Positions 20,605 to 31,459 of a stretch of DNA of 64,000 nt are shown piece after piece. The notes under the pieces are model-generated. The model made no database searches. It was not told the origin of the DNA and was given only the letters and a program-made list of their open reading frames with translations. The DNA is taken from the NCBI GenBank assembly GCA_051013385.1, contig CP143273.1:160001-224000 (forward strand). Reading direction: 5' to 3'. Position numbers and translations under genes: made by a program. The DNA is from Phormidium sp. (GTDB taxonomy: Bacteria > Cyanobacteriota > Cyanobacteriia > Cyanobacteriales > Aerosakkonemataceae). The stretch's first letter is position 1, and each line of letters opens with the position of its first letter.

Positions 20605-21375
20605 TTTCTTCAGCAATCACCATCAACTCAAACAGCTTGGGAGAAAAAGGAAATTAGGGGAATTTATTTAAGTCGGTATCAAGCAACTAATAATGCTGAT
20701 GAAGAAACGATTCGTCAACGAGTTCGTTATTATCGCTCTCAAGGAATAAATACAATTATTCATGGAGTATGGGGAAACGGTTGCACGATGTATAAAAGCG
20801 ATGTAATGCAACAAACATTCGGATATAAAAGTTGTCCCAACCAATTTAAAGAGCAATGGTTAGAATGGTTGATTGATGAGGCGCACAAGCAGGGAATGCA
20901 AGTCCATGCTTATTTTGAAAAGGGGATTAAAATTGACAAAAATAGCCCCATTTTTGATGAAGCAATTGCTAAAAGATGGATTGTACCAGGGGTTGATAAA
21001 ACCTATCCAGGTATCGAACATTATGTACTAGATGTGGAAGTTCCAGAAGTAGCTCAGCTTTTCAAAAGTATTTTAGTAGAATTTGTCCAAAAGTATCCTA
21101 CAATTGATGCAGTTCAATGGGATGATTACTTAGGTTATCATGCTGATTTACCGGGTAAAGTCGATCGCACAACCCACTTAACAAATTTCGTCAGGCAAAT
21201 GAGAGATGATATGAAAAAAGCTAACCCAAATGTTAGTTTCGATTTGTGTCATCATAATCCTTATTGGGGTAAACGTTATTTGGCGGCTGATTGGTCAAAT
21301 TGGGATGTTGATCGAGTTTTCATTCAAACTTATAACGATGCTAATTTTAACCAAGAGCTAGTTTATGCCGAGTAG
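20605..21375 (+). pseudogene. Glycoside hydrolase-like 10 (DUF187) fragment
   Basis: KEIRGIYLSRY...EAHKQGMQVHAYFE...DAVQWDDY; no start codon for the N-terminal part, ends early. Confidence 0.7.
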
Positions 21376-21551
21376 TTTTGTCTAGCTGCACATTGGTAAT
21401 CGGAGAGCCATCTTTGTGAGATTGAATCAAATCAAGCGCAGCAAATAATTTTTCCTTTAACAAGAATGGATTATTCAAGATTTAACACCTAGCAATTGAA
21501 ACCTACAAGATTTATCATTCAGGAAAAAGGTCTAGTAATCAACCATTATTT

Positions 21552-22200
21552 ATGAGCAATACAGAAGTAGTCGTAATTGGTAGCGGAATTGGCGGTTTGA
21601 GTTGTGCGGCAATATTAGCACGTTATGGTATCGATGTTACGGTAGTAGAAAGCCACTCCATTGCAGGCGGTGCGGCTCATGCTTTTGAACGTGACGGCTA
21701 TAAATTTGAATCTGGGCCATCATTATATTCTGGTTTATCTTACACCCCTTCTCCTAATCCCTTACGCCAAGTTTTAGATGCTATCGGGGAAGACTTACCC
21801 TGCATCAATTACAATACTTGGGGTTGCTATCTCCCAGAAGGGTATTTTGATGCTCAAGTTGGTGCCGAGCAGTTTTGTGAAGTGTTGCACAAATTGCGGG
21901 GAGAACAAGCTGTAACTCAATGGCGTAAATTACAAGAAATTATGGCACCTTTGGGAAAAGCCGCGATCGCACTTCCACCAGCTGCCCTCCGCTACGATTT
22001 AGGAGCAGTATTAACAGTAGGTAAATTCGCACCATCTCTTCTACAACACGCCGCTAATGTAATTAAATTAACTGGGCCATTTTCCCAAATTATTGATGAT
22101 GTAATTACAGATTCATTTATTCGCAATTGGTTAGATTTATTATGTTTTCTGCTATCAGGATTACCTGCAAATGGCACAATCGCCGCCGAAGTAGCTATGC
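21552..22200 (+). pseudogene. Phytoene desaturase/carotenoid isomerase-like FAD oxidoreductase, truncated by ISL3
   Basis: VVIGSGIGGLSCA...FESGPSL; frame runs into the IS end. Confidence 0.85.
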
Positions 22201-23490
22201 GGTTCTTCCGTACTTACTGTGCTAAATTATTAATGAAGTGTGAAGAGAGCTAGGAAATGAAGAATAGATTGTTGACGAAGATACTAAATTTACCAGGAGT
22301 TATAGTAGAAGAGAGTCAAGAAACAGAAGATACATTAATTTTATTTGTCAAATTAGAAAAGAAAACAGCAGCTTGTCCTCGCTGTGGTCAAATAAGTCGT
22401 CGTCTGCATCAAAATCAAAGACATTTAGTAAAAGATTTACCATTGAGTAATAGAGAGGTAATTTTATCAGTGAATCGCCGCCGATTTAAATGTGAAAATT
22501 GCCGCAAGCCTTTTAGCGAAAGCTTAGATTTTGTGCCAAAAAAGAAAAGTTTTACACATAGATATGCAGAATCTATTACCCAACAGGTGGTACATAGTGA
22601 TATTAAGAACGTTGCTCTCCACAATGGATTAACTGCTGAAGAAGTAGAATCAATGGTGATGTATTTTACTAAATGTATGCTGCCTATTGATTTGAGTAAC
22701 TTACGAAGATTAGGAATAGATGAAATTAGTTTAGTCAAAGGGCAAGGCAAGTTTATCGTAGTCTTAGTAGACTTAGAAACCCATAAATTAATCGGGTTAG
22801 TGCCAGCCCGAAAACAGATAGAAATCGAGAAAGTTATGCAGCAATGGGGAGAAAAAGTTTTGGCACAAATAGAAGAAGTAAGTATAGATATGACTGGAAA
22901 TTATAAATTTTTAATTCACAAAATCTGTCCCAATGCGGAGGTAACAGTAGATAGATTTCATGTTGTAAAAATGATTCATGAAGAATTAAATCAAGCCAGA
23001 ATAGACCAAAAGAGAACCGCAGAAGAACTAAATGTCAAAGCCAGAGCGAAATTATTTGGTAGTTTAAAAGGTAGCAAGTACACTTTATTAAAAGCTGAAA
23101 ATAAATTATCTTCCAAACAAAAAGAAAAATTAGAGCAGGTTAAAGGAGCTTCTCCTTTAGTCGAAATCATGCACTCATTAAAAGAAGAATTACATCAAAT
23201 ATTTGAAGAAAGTGAAAATTTGGGAGAAGGAACATTAAAGTTAATGGACTGGTTAGCTATAGCTCAAAATTATTATCGAAAAAGCACCGCTACAATCAAG
23301 CGGTGGTTCGCCGAGATAGTGGGATATTTTGAGAATCGCACAACCAACGGAATAGTAGAAGGAATTAATAATAAACTCAAATTGCTCAAACGTTGTGGAT
23401 TTGGCTTTAGGAATTTCCGCAACTTTGAATTAAGAGCTTTATTATTTTGGCACTTCCCTAATAATTTAGCACAGTAAGTACGGAAGAACC
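22201..23490 (+). mobile_element. ISL3 family insertion sequence
   Basis: 32-bp perfect TIR GGTTCTTCCGTACTTACTGTGCTAAATTATTA; no target duplication seen. Confidence 0.95.
22257..23477 (+). CDS. ISL3 transposase
   Basis: CPRC zinc finger, LGIDE, IDM, DRFHV, TNGIVEGINNKLK, GFRNF. Confidence 0.95.
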   Translation: MKNRLLTKILNLPGVIVEESQETEDTLILFVKLEKKTAACPRCGQISRRLHQNQRHLVKDLPLSNREVILSVNRRRFKCENCRKPFSESLDFVPKKKSFTHRYAESITQQVVHSDIKNVALHNGLTAEEVESMVMYFTKCMLPIDLSNLRRLGIDEISLVKGQGKFIVVLVDLETHKLIGLVPARKQIEIEKVMQQWGEKVLAQIEEVSIDMTGNYKFLIHKICPNAEVTVDRFHVVKMIHEELNQARIDQKRTAEELNVKARAKLFGSLKGSKYTLLKAENKLSSKQKEKLEQVKGASPLVEIMHSLKEELHQIFEESENLGEGTLKLMDWLAIAQNYYRKSTATIKRWFAEIVGYFENRTTNGIVEGINNKLKLLKRCGFGFRNFRNFELRALLFWHFPNNLAQ

Positions 23491-23655
23491 GGCATTTTAA
23501 CTCAAACAATGTGTTTAGTAGCAACAGCTATGGATTTAGCTCCTTGTGCTATAGCATACGGGGATGCCGATCTATTTGCAGCAGCAGTGGGAACAGATTA
23601 CTACGCCGAAACATCTGTAGGAGAATTCATTCTAGGCAGTAAGCAAAGCGATTAA
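23491..23655 (+). pseudogene. C-terminal fragment of SagB/ThcOx-type peptide dehydrogenase
   Basis: GILTQTMCLVATAMDLAPCAIAYGDADLFAAAVGTDYYAETSVGEFILGS. Confidence 0.7.
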
Positions 23656-23841
23656 GGTTCCACTTAGGCGGGTAATTACCTACCCAAAAATGGTCAAAGT
23701 TTGGCGTTGCAGATATTAATTAAATTTAACTGAATAAAGCAGATTAAAAGTCAGCTTAATTCAGTCATTCTCAGGCTTGTACTCAGTCAGTAGGAAGGTT
23801 TGATGAAATTATCCAACTCACAAACCAAGAGTACAAATTTT

Positions 23842-24342
23842 ATGAAGATTTCTCAAAATTGCTTAGAGTTAATTAAGAAGTGGGAAGGGCTGTATTTAAA
23901 TGCTTACAAAGATCCAGTTGGTATCCCAACCATAGGATATGGAACTATTCGATATCCAAACGGACAGAAAGTAAGGATGGGTGACAAGATAACACAACAA
24001 GAAGCCGAAGCTTTTCTGCAATTGGAATGTGATGAAGTAGCTGAAAAAGTCTCTAAGTTAGTTAGCGGAATTTCACTCAACCAAAATCAGTTTGATGCGC
24101 TGGTATCGCTCTGCTATAACATTGGTACTGGAGCATTTGAGGATAGTACCCTTCTGCGAGAACTCAAAGCTAATAACTTTGCCAATGCAGCAAAAGAGTT
24201 CGATCGCTGGGTCAAAGGAACGCAAAACGGTGTAAAGATAACCCTTCCGGGTTTAGTTAACCGCAGAAGAGAAGAGCGTGCGCTATTTGAGAAATCAGGT
24301 GGACAAGGAACTCCCACTGAAACCGAAACATCCAATTTTTGA
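23842..24342 (+). CDS. GH24 phage-type lysozyme (C-terminus possibly truncated)
   Basis: IKKWEG..AYKDPVGIPTIGYG; NQFDALVS..YNIG; GLVNRRREE. Confidence 0.9.
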   Translation: MKISQNCLELIKKWEGLYLNAYKDPVGIPTIGYGTIRYPNGQKVRMGDKITQQEAEAFLQLECDEVAEKVSKLVSGISLNQNQFDALVSLCYNIGTGAFEDSTLLRELKANNFANAAKEFDRWVKGTQNGVKITLPGLVNRRREERALFEKSGGQGTPTETETSNF

Positions 24343-24781
24343 CCGAATAAGCATAAGTTAAATCCATTAGTTTTTGAGCCAATTCAATCAACTGCTGTTT
24401 ATCTAATCTAGCGGCAAGTTGTTTTGGTTTTAATTGTCCGTTCAAAACTTCTAAACTTACCGGACGAATTGCTGCTTCTAAGTTTTCTTAAAAGAAAGGT
24501 TGCCATTCATCAGCATTGATGTAATAGTAAGTTTTATTATCTTTGAGATTCAGTTTTTTAATTTGGCGAATTGAATCGTTAATTGAATTAGCCCAAGAGT
24601 TGGTTAAGCGTTGCTCAATTTGATTTTTAATTAAGTGAATCATTAACCGTAAGAGAAAGGATTCAATATTCCGAATTATCGCTTGTTTACTCATCCCTTC
24701 TAGTTCGTCCACAATTGCCAAAGCATCATCATATCTTCCTTCTAAAATGCTGCTTCTTAAATCTATGAGTTCTTGTGTCAT
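24335..24781 (-). pseudogene. DUF29 family pseudogene
   Basis: Paralogue of 1196-1621; in-frame TAA at 24488-24490, continues ENLEAAIRP...TYAYSVKN then abuts the lysozyme gene. Confidence 0.8.
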
Positions 24782-24812
24782 AATCATTCATCCCTACGCT
24801 TTATTTTTTTTA

Positions 24813-25382
24813 TTATTTACCTAAAGCAGCTTTTAGTGACGCTATTTCTTGGGTAATTGCTTCCCGAAAAGCTCTTTCTTGATTTAATGCTTCCACTAAT
24901 TGCTGAGTATATTCGTTCAGGCGGTTTAATTGTTGTTGTAGTTGCTGCCATTCTCTAGGGGTTGGCTGGTTAGTTAGTGGAGGTTGCGTGATAGAGTTTT
25001 CTAAATTACCTCCACTAACTCGTTCTGGGGCTGCTGTAGCAGCGGCGATCTGCTTTTCTTCTTTTAGTGCTAACACTTCTAATTGTTTAATTCGTCTGGT
25101 TAAAACTTGGATTTGATTGCGTCGTGCGATCGCTCCTACAGCACGCTTGTATTTGGGACTTTTCGCACTTCCCAGATAGCGTTTCATTTTGACGGCTCTC
25201 TGTTTGCCAGAAGAGTTCGACTTGGGTGCGGCTTCCATCAGGCGGTAGTAGGTGTAATGCTTTCCATTGGGTTTAGGAACCACAAAACTCGATATCCAAG
25301 TGTTAGATGCGGCTACTTCTCCTTCGGCTTGAATTTGTTCGATTTGCTGATAAAGGGTGGCAATGCGGGCTATGGTATTCAT
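24813..25382 (-). CDS. Hypothetical basic protein with coiled-coil tail
   Basis: 189 aa; HYTYYRL...RYLGSAKSPKY; carries IR site inside and upstream. Confidence 0.6.
   Translation of the reverse strand: MNTIARIATLYQQIEQIQAEGEVAASNTWISSFVVPKPNGKHYTYYRLMEAAPKSNSSGKQRAVKMKRYLGSAKSPKYKRAVGAIARRNQIQVLTRRIKQLEVLALKEEKQIAAATAAPERVSGGNLENSITQPPLTNQPTPREWQQLQQQLNRLNEYTQQLVEALNQERAFREAITQEIASLKAALGK
24972..25020. repeat. 13-23-13 inverted-repeat site, copy 1
   Basis: AGTTAGTGGAGGT-N23-ACCTCCACTAACT. Confidence 0.9.
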
Positions 25383-25389
25383 TGGATCG

Positions 25390-25438
25390 AGTTAGTGGAG
25401 GTTTTTTGATTAACTTTATTATATCACCTCCACTAACT
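25390..25438. repeat. 13-23-13 inverted-repeat site, copy 2
   Basis: Same arms and spacer length; spacer has minus-strand TATAAT. Confidence 0.9.
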
Positions 25439-25522
25439 TTTGCTCAGAAGCAGGCGCGATTGTTCTAAAATTTAATCTGATTCCACCCGCTTTATTTCTC
25501 CTCCTCTAATGCAGATACAAGA

Positions 25523-26158
25523 ATGGGGCAGAAAACTTGTTTAGCGTTGGCTAAATTAGTGGAAATAGCTAACTTTAATTTCGATGTAAAAAGGTTTAGT
25601 GGCAATTATTCGCCCACAAAAGTAAGCAAGCGAGAGCTACCTAGCGATGAAGCGATCGCACTTTGGAGAGATTTAATTACTAATGCCCAATGGCAATGGT
25701 GTTTTGGGATGTTAGCAACTTACGGACTCAGACCCCATGAAGTGTTTCACTTGGATTTAGAACATTTTCCCACACAAGGGGGAGTGTTGCGGGTGATGGA
25801 GGGTAAGACCGGGGAAAGGAGAGTTTGGCCTCTACATCCTGAATGGGTGGAATATTGGCAGCTAATGGATGTCAAAGTGCCAGTTTGTACAGGGAGGAAT
25901 AATAAGGAGTTGGGGCAAAGAGTATCGCAATATTTTCGCAGACAGGGAATAGAGTTTCGCCCTTACGATTTGCGTCATGCTTGGGCAATCAGAAGTATGG
26001 AGTATGGACTGGAGGTGTGGTTGGCGGCGAAGCAAATGGGGCATTCGGTAGCGATACATATCCAGACTTATCATGCTTGGTTGGATGAACATCATCAGCA
26101 GCAGGCTTTTGAAAGGTTATTGAATAATCCAAAGCGACCTGTTGCTCCTGTTCATTAG
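25523..26158 (+). CDS. Tyrosine recombinase catalytic domain (XisA/XisC-like), N-terminally truncated
   Basis: YGLRPHE, KTG, YDLRHAWAIR, MGHS...Y. Confidence 0.85.
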   Translation: MGQKTCLALAKLVEIANFNFDVKRFSGNYSPTKVSKRELPSDEAIALWRDLITNAQWQWCFGMLATYGLRPHEVFHLDLEHFPTQGGVLRVMEGKTGERRVWPLHPEWVEYWQLMDVKVPVCTGRNNKELGQRVSQYFRRQGIEFRPYDLRHAWAIRSMEYGLEVWLAAKQMGHSVAIHIQTYHAWLDEHHQQQAFERLLNNPKRPVAPVH

Positions 26159-26200
26159 CTATAGATAATCTAGACACAAATCTAGATTCTTAGCCGAGGC

Positions 26201-26218
26201 TTTACATTTCTTTACAGA
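26201..26218 (+). promoter_or_regulatory. HLR1-like site upstream of GST
   Basis: TTTACATT-TC-TTTACAGA, one mismatch to consensus. Confidence 0.45.
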
Positions 26219-26284
26219 AAGCCGGTTGTATGGATATGATTGATACAGTTTTGACTCGAGCGCAAATTACCCTAATAACCTTCC

Positions 26285-27490
26285 ATGACTGTCACTCGAT
26301 TAAGCTTTCCAGAATTAGAAACAAGGGCAAACTATGAAATCGATAGGGTTAATGGCCCAACCAATGCTCAAGCTGATTTGCGTTTATTTGGGAAGAGTGA
26401 ATCCGATGTGCGAGTGACATTATACCGAGATCATCATGCTTGGTGTCCTTACTGTCAGAAAGTCTGGCTGTGGCTGGAGGAAAAGCAGATTCCCTACCAG
26501 ATTAAAAAAGTGACGATGTTTTGCTATGGGGACAAAGAAAGTTGGTACAAACGTATAGTGCCATCAGGGATGTTACCAGCACTTGAGCTAGACGGGCGCG
26601 TAATAACCGAAAGTGATGACATTTTACTGGCGCTAGAACGAGTATATGGTTTCTTGGGCTATGGGATGGAAGACGATAAGGTTGTCCCTCTGCGACGGTT
26701 GGAAAGGCTGTTATTTAGAGCTTGGTGTTCCTGGCTGTGTTACCTGGCGAGGTCTAAAGGAGATGAGCAACGTCATCGCGACCAATTTATTAAAGTAGTT
26801 GGTTATGTTGAGGAAGCATTAGGCAGCACTCTAGGGCCTTATTTCTTAGATAAATTCAGCGTCGTTGACACAATTTTTACGCCTTACGTAGAACGAATGA
26901 ATGCCAGTCTTTTCTATTACAAGGGCTACTCTTTAAGGGAGGAGAACCCACGTTTGGCAGATTGGTTTGCAGCGATGGAAAGCCGACCTACTTATCGTGG
27001 CACTCAAAGTGATTTTCATACCCATGCCCATGATTTGCCACCACAAATGGGGGGTTGTTGGTCAAATGGAGAACCAAAGACGAAAAGCAATCAAGTACGG
27101 GTGGATAATGGGCCTTGGTTTGGATTGCCTGATGTGACTTATCCAGAACCGGAAACCTCACGGGCAGAAGCATTGCAACGAGTACTGAAGCATCGCGCCA
27201 ATATTATTAAAGTTAATCCGGCTGATGATGGGTTGTTTGAAGAAGCTTTGGGTTGTGCGTTAACTTATATGATGACTGGGAAGGTTTGTGTGCCACCACC
27301 GGGTTCTGATGTGGCTTTGCGGTATTTGCGCGATCGGATTAGTGTACCCAGAGATATGTCTATCTATGCTGCTAAACGGTTAAGAGAAGCGTTAGAGGCA
27401 ACAGCGGCTTTGGTAGGCAATGGTCAAGGTACTCCAATCCCAGTAAATCATCGACGGGATCAAGACCCGGCTAATTTTGGCAAGAAATAA
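26285..27490 (+). CDS. Glutathione S-transferase family protein
   Basis: [24 protein letters not shown]. Confidence 0.9.
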   Translation: MTVTRLSFPELETRANYEIDRVNGPTNAQADLRLFGKSESDVRVTLYRDHHAWCPYCQKVWLWLEEKQIPYQIKKVTMFCYGDKESWYKRIVPSGMLPALELDGRVITESDDILLALERVYGFLGYGMEDDKVVPLRRLERLLFRAWCSWLCYLARSKGDEQRHRDQFIKVVGYVEEALGSTLGPYFLDKFSVVDTIFTPYVERMNASLFYYKGYSLREENPRLADWFAAMESRPTYRGTQSDFHTHAHDLPPQMGGCWSNGEPKTKSNQVRVDNGPWFGLPDVTYPEPETSRAEALQRVLKHRANIIKVNPADDGLFEEALGCALTYMMTGKVCVPPPGSDVALRYLRDRISVPRDMSIYAAKRLREALEATAALVGNGQGTPIPVNHRRDQDPANFGKK

Positions 27491-27499
27491 TGATTAATG

Positions 27500-29149
27500 T
27501 TAGTTTTCTTTGTCGAAAGTCCGATAGTAATCACAGCCGGAAATAGTAGCACGTAATGCGCGATCGCTAATAATACTATCGAATTTGATTCTTTCCGGCG
27601 TTCGCGAAGCGTGTGCTTGCACGTATCGCAGATCTTCTCCAATTCGGAAAACACCGTTTCCTTGCGGTACTAACACTTCTCCATCTCCCCAAACTGGGTA
27701 GATTATCCACAACTTATCCTGACGTAAAATAATCCAAAAATTGGAGTACCAGGGATTATGAGAACGGTAATGTCCTGTATAAGCTAACCATTCGGGGGGA
27801 TAGTTAAAAGTCTTGGTCCCGGTGTAGCGATCGCTCACATACCACTGCTCTCCATAGAACACTTCTACTACTTGATTATCCGACCGCTTAAAAGTTAAAA
27901 GAAAAAGCGCAAAATCGGGATGATTAACATAAAAGTTATCCCCATAACGCCGTTCTAAAATAATTTGTTCATCTTGATATTCTAAAATTAAATGTTGATT
28001 TTCGACAAGGAAAGTAAGTTGTTTGTTATCTCCCAAGTAAGTACCTGCATAATCATTAGCATTCTCAATGACTGTCGGATGATTAATAGCAGGTAATGAA
28101 GGTAATTCTTGCTCGGAAAGTTCAGCTGTAATCAACTGAAGCGCTACTCTAGATATTTCCCCAGGATTTCCTGGTCTATTGCACAAAACAACAACTCCCA
28201 GTCCCTTATCTAAATCAAATGTAATATTGGAAAGATGACCAATCATTCCCCCATCATGAAAAATGTAATTCTGGTCATTAAATCTACCACTTGCTAAACC
28301 ATATCCATAAAAAACTTCTTCAGTTTTATTAACTTTAATTACTGGTTGAACCATCAAATTAAAACTACTTTCCGAAATAATTTGCCCTGATGGTGTGCGT
28401 CCTTTATTTAATAAAAAGCGCAGGTAAATTGCCATATCCGCAGGTGTAGAAGCAATACTACCATCAGCAGCACCATATTCTAACCAAGGTGCTGGTACAA
28501 GTGGGTAATTATGCGAGTAAGGACGGTCATCGTAAAAGCGTTGATAACCAACAGCTAATCGGTTTCGGATAGCGTGGGTAATCGCAGGTTCAGTATTAAC
28601 CATACCTAAAGGTTGAAGAATACGTTGGCGCAAAATATCTGCGTAACTTTGACCGATTAAATGTTCTAAAACACAACCAAGAGCTTTATAACCAACATTA
28701 GAATAATGAAAATATTCTCCCGGTGGTGAAGTAGCTGAACTTTGTGCTAAAGCGACAACTTCATAATGAGAATTAGGTGTAAAGTCTCTACCAGTGATAA
28801 TACCCGCAGTATGGGAAAGTAAATGATGAATAGTAATAGGTTCGTAGATAGATTTTACTCCAAACCAAGGCAGGTATTGAGTGACGGGTGCGTGTAAGTC
28901 TAATTGTCCGGCTTCGTAGAGTTGAAGTAAGGCAATGCTAGTGAAAGATTTACTAATTGAGGCAATAGGAAATAAAGTTTCGGGAGTGACAGGAATATCG
29001 GCGGCAATGTCGGCTTTACCATAAGTGGAAATATGTAACAATTGTTCTCGATCTGTAATCGCAATAGCTAAACCTGGAGTATGATACTCCTGCATTTTTT
29101 GACCGATGAAATGGTCGAGTTGACGTAAGGCTTCTGAAAATTTGTTCAT
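27500..29149 (-). CDS. Serine hydrolase, beta-lactamase class C-like
   Basis: SISK (SxxK), YSN, HDG motifs. Confidence 0.9.
   Translation of the reverse strand: MNKFSEALRQLDHFIGQKMQEYHTPGLAIAITDREQLLHISTYGKADIAADIPVTPETLFPIASISKSFTSIALLQLYEAGQLDLHAPVTQYLPWFGVKSIYEPITIHHLLSHTAGIITGRDFTPNSHYEVVALAQSSATSPPGEYFHYSNVGYKALGCVLEHLIGQSYADILRQRILQPLGMVNTEPAITHAIRNRLAVGYQRFYDDRPYSHNYPLVPAPWLEYGAADGSIASTPADMAIYLRFLLNKGRTPSGQIISESSFNLMVQPVIKVNKTEEVFYGYGLASGRFNDQNYIFHDGGMIGHLSNITFDLDKGLGVVVLCNRPGNPGEISRVALQLITAELSEQELPSLPAINHPTVIENANDYAGTYLGDNKQLTFLVENQHLILEYQDEQIILERRYGDNFYVNHPDFALFLLTFKRSDNQVVEVFYGEQWYVSDRYTGTKTFNYPPEWLAYTGHYRSHNPWYSNFWIILRQDKLWIIYPVWGDGEVLVPQGNGVFRIGEDLRYVQAHASRTPERIKFDSIISDRALRATISGCDYYRTFDKEN
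27601..27624. mobile_element. 24-bp SDR5-like insertion splitting a HIP1 site, in frame
   Basis: GCG|TTCGCGAAGCGTGTGCTTGCACGT|ATCGC. Confidence 0.75.
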
Positions 29150-29224
29150 TTGTCTTGCTCAAAGTTTAGTCAGAGTGGAACAATCGGGGAAAATAGAAAC
29201 TTCTAAGATAAGCAAAAAGCCAAA

Positions 29225-30583
29225 ATGGAAACCATCAAATACCTTTTAACAGAAAACCAAATGCCCACAGCCTGGTATAACATTCAGGCAGACTTACCCA
29301 CACCACTACCCCCCGTTCTCCATCCAGGTACAGGACAACCCATTACTGGCGATGACTTGGCTCCCTTGTTTCCCATGAGTTTGATTTCACAGGAAGTCAG
29401 CCAAGAACGTTGGATTGAGATTCCTGATGAAGTGCAGTCTATCTACCGTCAATGGCGACCTACACCACTATATCGCGCCCGTCGTCTGGAAAAAGCCTTG
29501 GACACGCCAGCCAAAATATACTACAAGTACGAAGGAGTCAGCCCAGCCGGAAGTCACAAACCAAATACTGCCGTTGCTCAAGCATACTACAACAAACAAG
29601 CAGGGGTAAAGCGTTTGACTACAGAAACCGGAGCCGGACAGTGGGGTTCTTCTCTGGCATTTGCTGGGGCGTTGTTTGGGTTAGAAGTTTTAGTTTACAT
29701 GGTGAAAGTGAGTTACAACCAAAAACCTTACCGTCGAGCATTGATGGAGTCTTACGGAGCCAGAGTAGCTGCCAGTCCCAGTGATGAAACTCAAGCGGGA
29801 CGGGCAATTTTAGCAGAATATCCCAACAGCACTGGTAGTTTGGGTATTGCTATCAGTGAAGCAGTAGAAGTAGCTGCTCAAGATGAAGAAACTAAGTATG
29901 CTTTGGGAAGTGTCCTCAACCACGTCTTATTACATCAAACGGTGATTGGACTGGAAGCATTAGCACAGTTGGAAATGGCAGGCGATTATCCAGATGTTAT
30001 TGTTGGATGTACGGGTGGAGGTAGTAACTTCGCTGGTATCGCCTTTCCGTTTTTAGGGGCAAAGCTACGGGGAGAGAGAGATGTAGAGATTATCGCGGTA
30101 GAACCTGCTGCTTGTCCAACTTTAACTCGTGGTAAGTATGCGTATGATTTTGGGGACACGGCGCACTTAACGCCATTAGTAAAAATGCACACTTTGGGCA
30201 GCACGTTTGTACCGGAAGGGATTCATGCAGGTGGTTTACGCTATCACGGAATGGGTCCGCTTGTGAGTCATGTGGTGAACTTGGGACTGGCTCAACCTCG
30301 CTCGGAATATCAGTTAGGTTGTTTTGCAGCTGGGTTGACTTTTGCTAGAGCAGAAGGGATTCTTCCGGCACCGGAGGCGAATCATGCGGTGAAAGCAGCA
30401 GTTGATGAGGCGTTGAAATGCAAAGAATCGGGTGAAAGTAAGACCATTTTGTTTAATCTTTGTGGTCATGGACATTTTGATATGCAAGCGTACATGGACT
30501 ATCAGGCTGGAAAACTGATTGATACGGAGTATAGTTCAGAGGAAGTGGCAATGGCTTTGGCAGGTTTACCTGTGGTTGGTTAG
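29225..30583 (+). CDS. trpB2: TrpB2 (stand-alone tryptophan synthase beta type 2)
   Basis: [37 protein letters not shown]. Confidence 0.93.
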   Translation: METIKYLLTENQMPTAWYNIQADLPTPLPPVLHPGTGQPITGDDLAPLFPMSLISQEVSQERWIEIPDEVQSIYRQWRPTPLYRARRLEKALDTPAKIYYKYEGVSPAGSHKPNTAVAQAYYNKQAGVKRLTTETGAGQWGSSLAFAGALFGLEVLVYMVKVSYNQKPYRRALMESYGARVAASPSDETQAGRAILAEYPNSTGSLGIAISEAVEVAAQDEETKYALGSVLNHVLLHQTVIGLEALAQLEMAGDYPDVIVGCTGGGSNFAGIAFPFLGAKLRGERDVEIIAVEPAACPTLTRGKYAYDFGDTAHLTPLVKMHTLGSTFVPEGIHAGGLRYHGMGPLVSHVVNLGLAQPRSEYQLGCFAAGLTFARAEGILPAPEANHAVKAAVDEALKCKESGESKTILFNLCGHGHFDMQAYMDYQAGKLIDTEYSSEEVAMALAGLPVVG

Positions 30584-30731
30584 AGCGAATTTGCTCCTTT
30601 GAGAAAGTCTAAAAAGTGATGTCTTTTTTGAGACATCACGATTTAGAAATCGCTGATTAGAAACAGTTTTAACAACAATTATTGCTGAAGAAATGTAAAT
30701 TTAGTAATAATAATTACCGAGCGATCTAAAC

Positions 30732-31302
30732 TCATTTAAGTTTTCCGTCTTTCCACTTTTCATATCGATAATAGTTATGTTCAACTTGAGCTAGCCAATC
30801 AATTCGAGATGAAGATTGCATTAAAATCAGTGAACCATCAGGACAGAGAATCTCCCTTTGTTTGACAATATTTTCGGTTTTAAAGGAGGTTATCGGTAAT
30901 TCTAAATCAATAAATACTCGACCATTAGGTTCTAAATGTTGAGCAAACGATCGCAATGCTTTGAGCGCAGCTGACCTATTTGCTAGTAACATAAATGAGC
31001 CGAATGTAACTATAATGGCATGAAATTTACCTGGAACATCAAGATTTTCAATTGACCCTTCGTACGTTGATTTGAGCAACTAAACAAAGATTTCCTGGGT
31101 GTTCTAAGTCTTGACTAATTGTTTCTTGTTCATCTTCGACAGTTGTAGTTACCTCTGCGGGTTCTGCCAATGTATAAAATCCCTCTTCAACAATGGAACG
31201 AAATAAGTGTAATGTCGCAGTTGCATCTGTTGGTGTAGCACTGCGAATGGTGACTTTGGTTCCATCGGCTAAAACGTGAGTTGAGGCTTCTAAATTTGCC
31301 AT
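30732..31302 (-). pseudogene. Fused fragments: GNAT N-terminus plus internal part of a SAM methyltransferase
   Basis: LADGTKVTIRSATPTDA (GNAT) breaks near 31070; FHAIIVTFGSF...HLEPNGRVFIDL (MTase). Confidence 0.6.
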
Positions 31303-31459
31303 TTTATTTTATTGATTGATAGGGTAGATTATTAGGAAGATAATTGTTAAAAGCAATCGCTTATTTAATTCTCTCAAATCTTTTTAGTGATCGCACAACA
31401 GGAAAAATTAATATTGTGTTTGAGCTTTTGATTGACAATTGTAGTATTGTGTAGCGTAG

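Noticed and set aside
21963..21976. GCGATCGCACTTCC as another cassette repeat
   Set aside because: Inside a coding frame (AIALP) with no second HIP1 at +35
23842..26158. Prophage (lysozyme plus integrase)
   Set aside because: No structural, terminase or replication genes; no att/tRNA recognised
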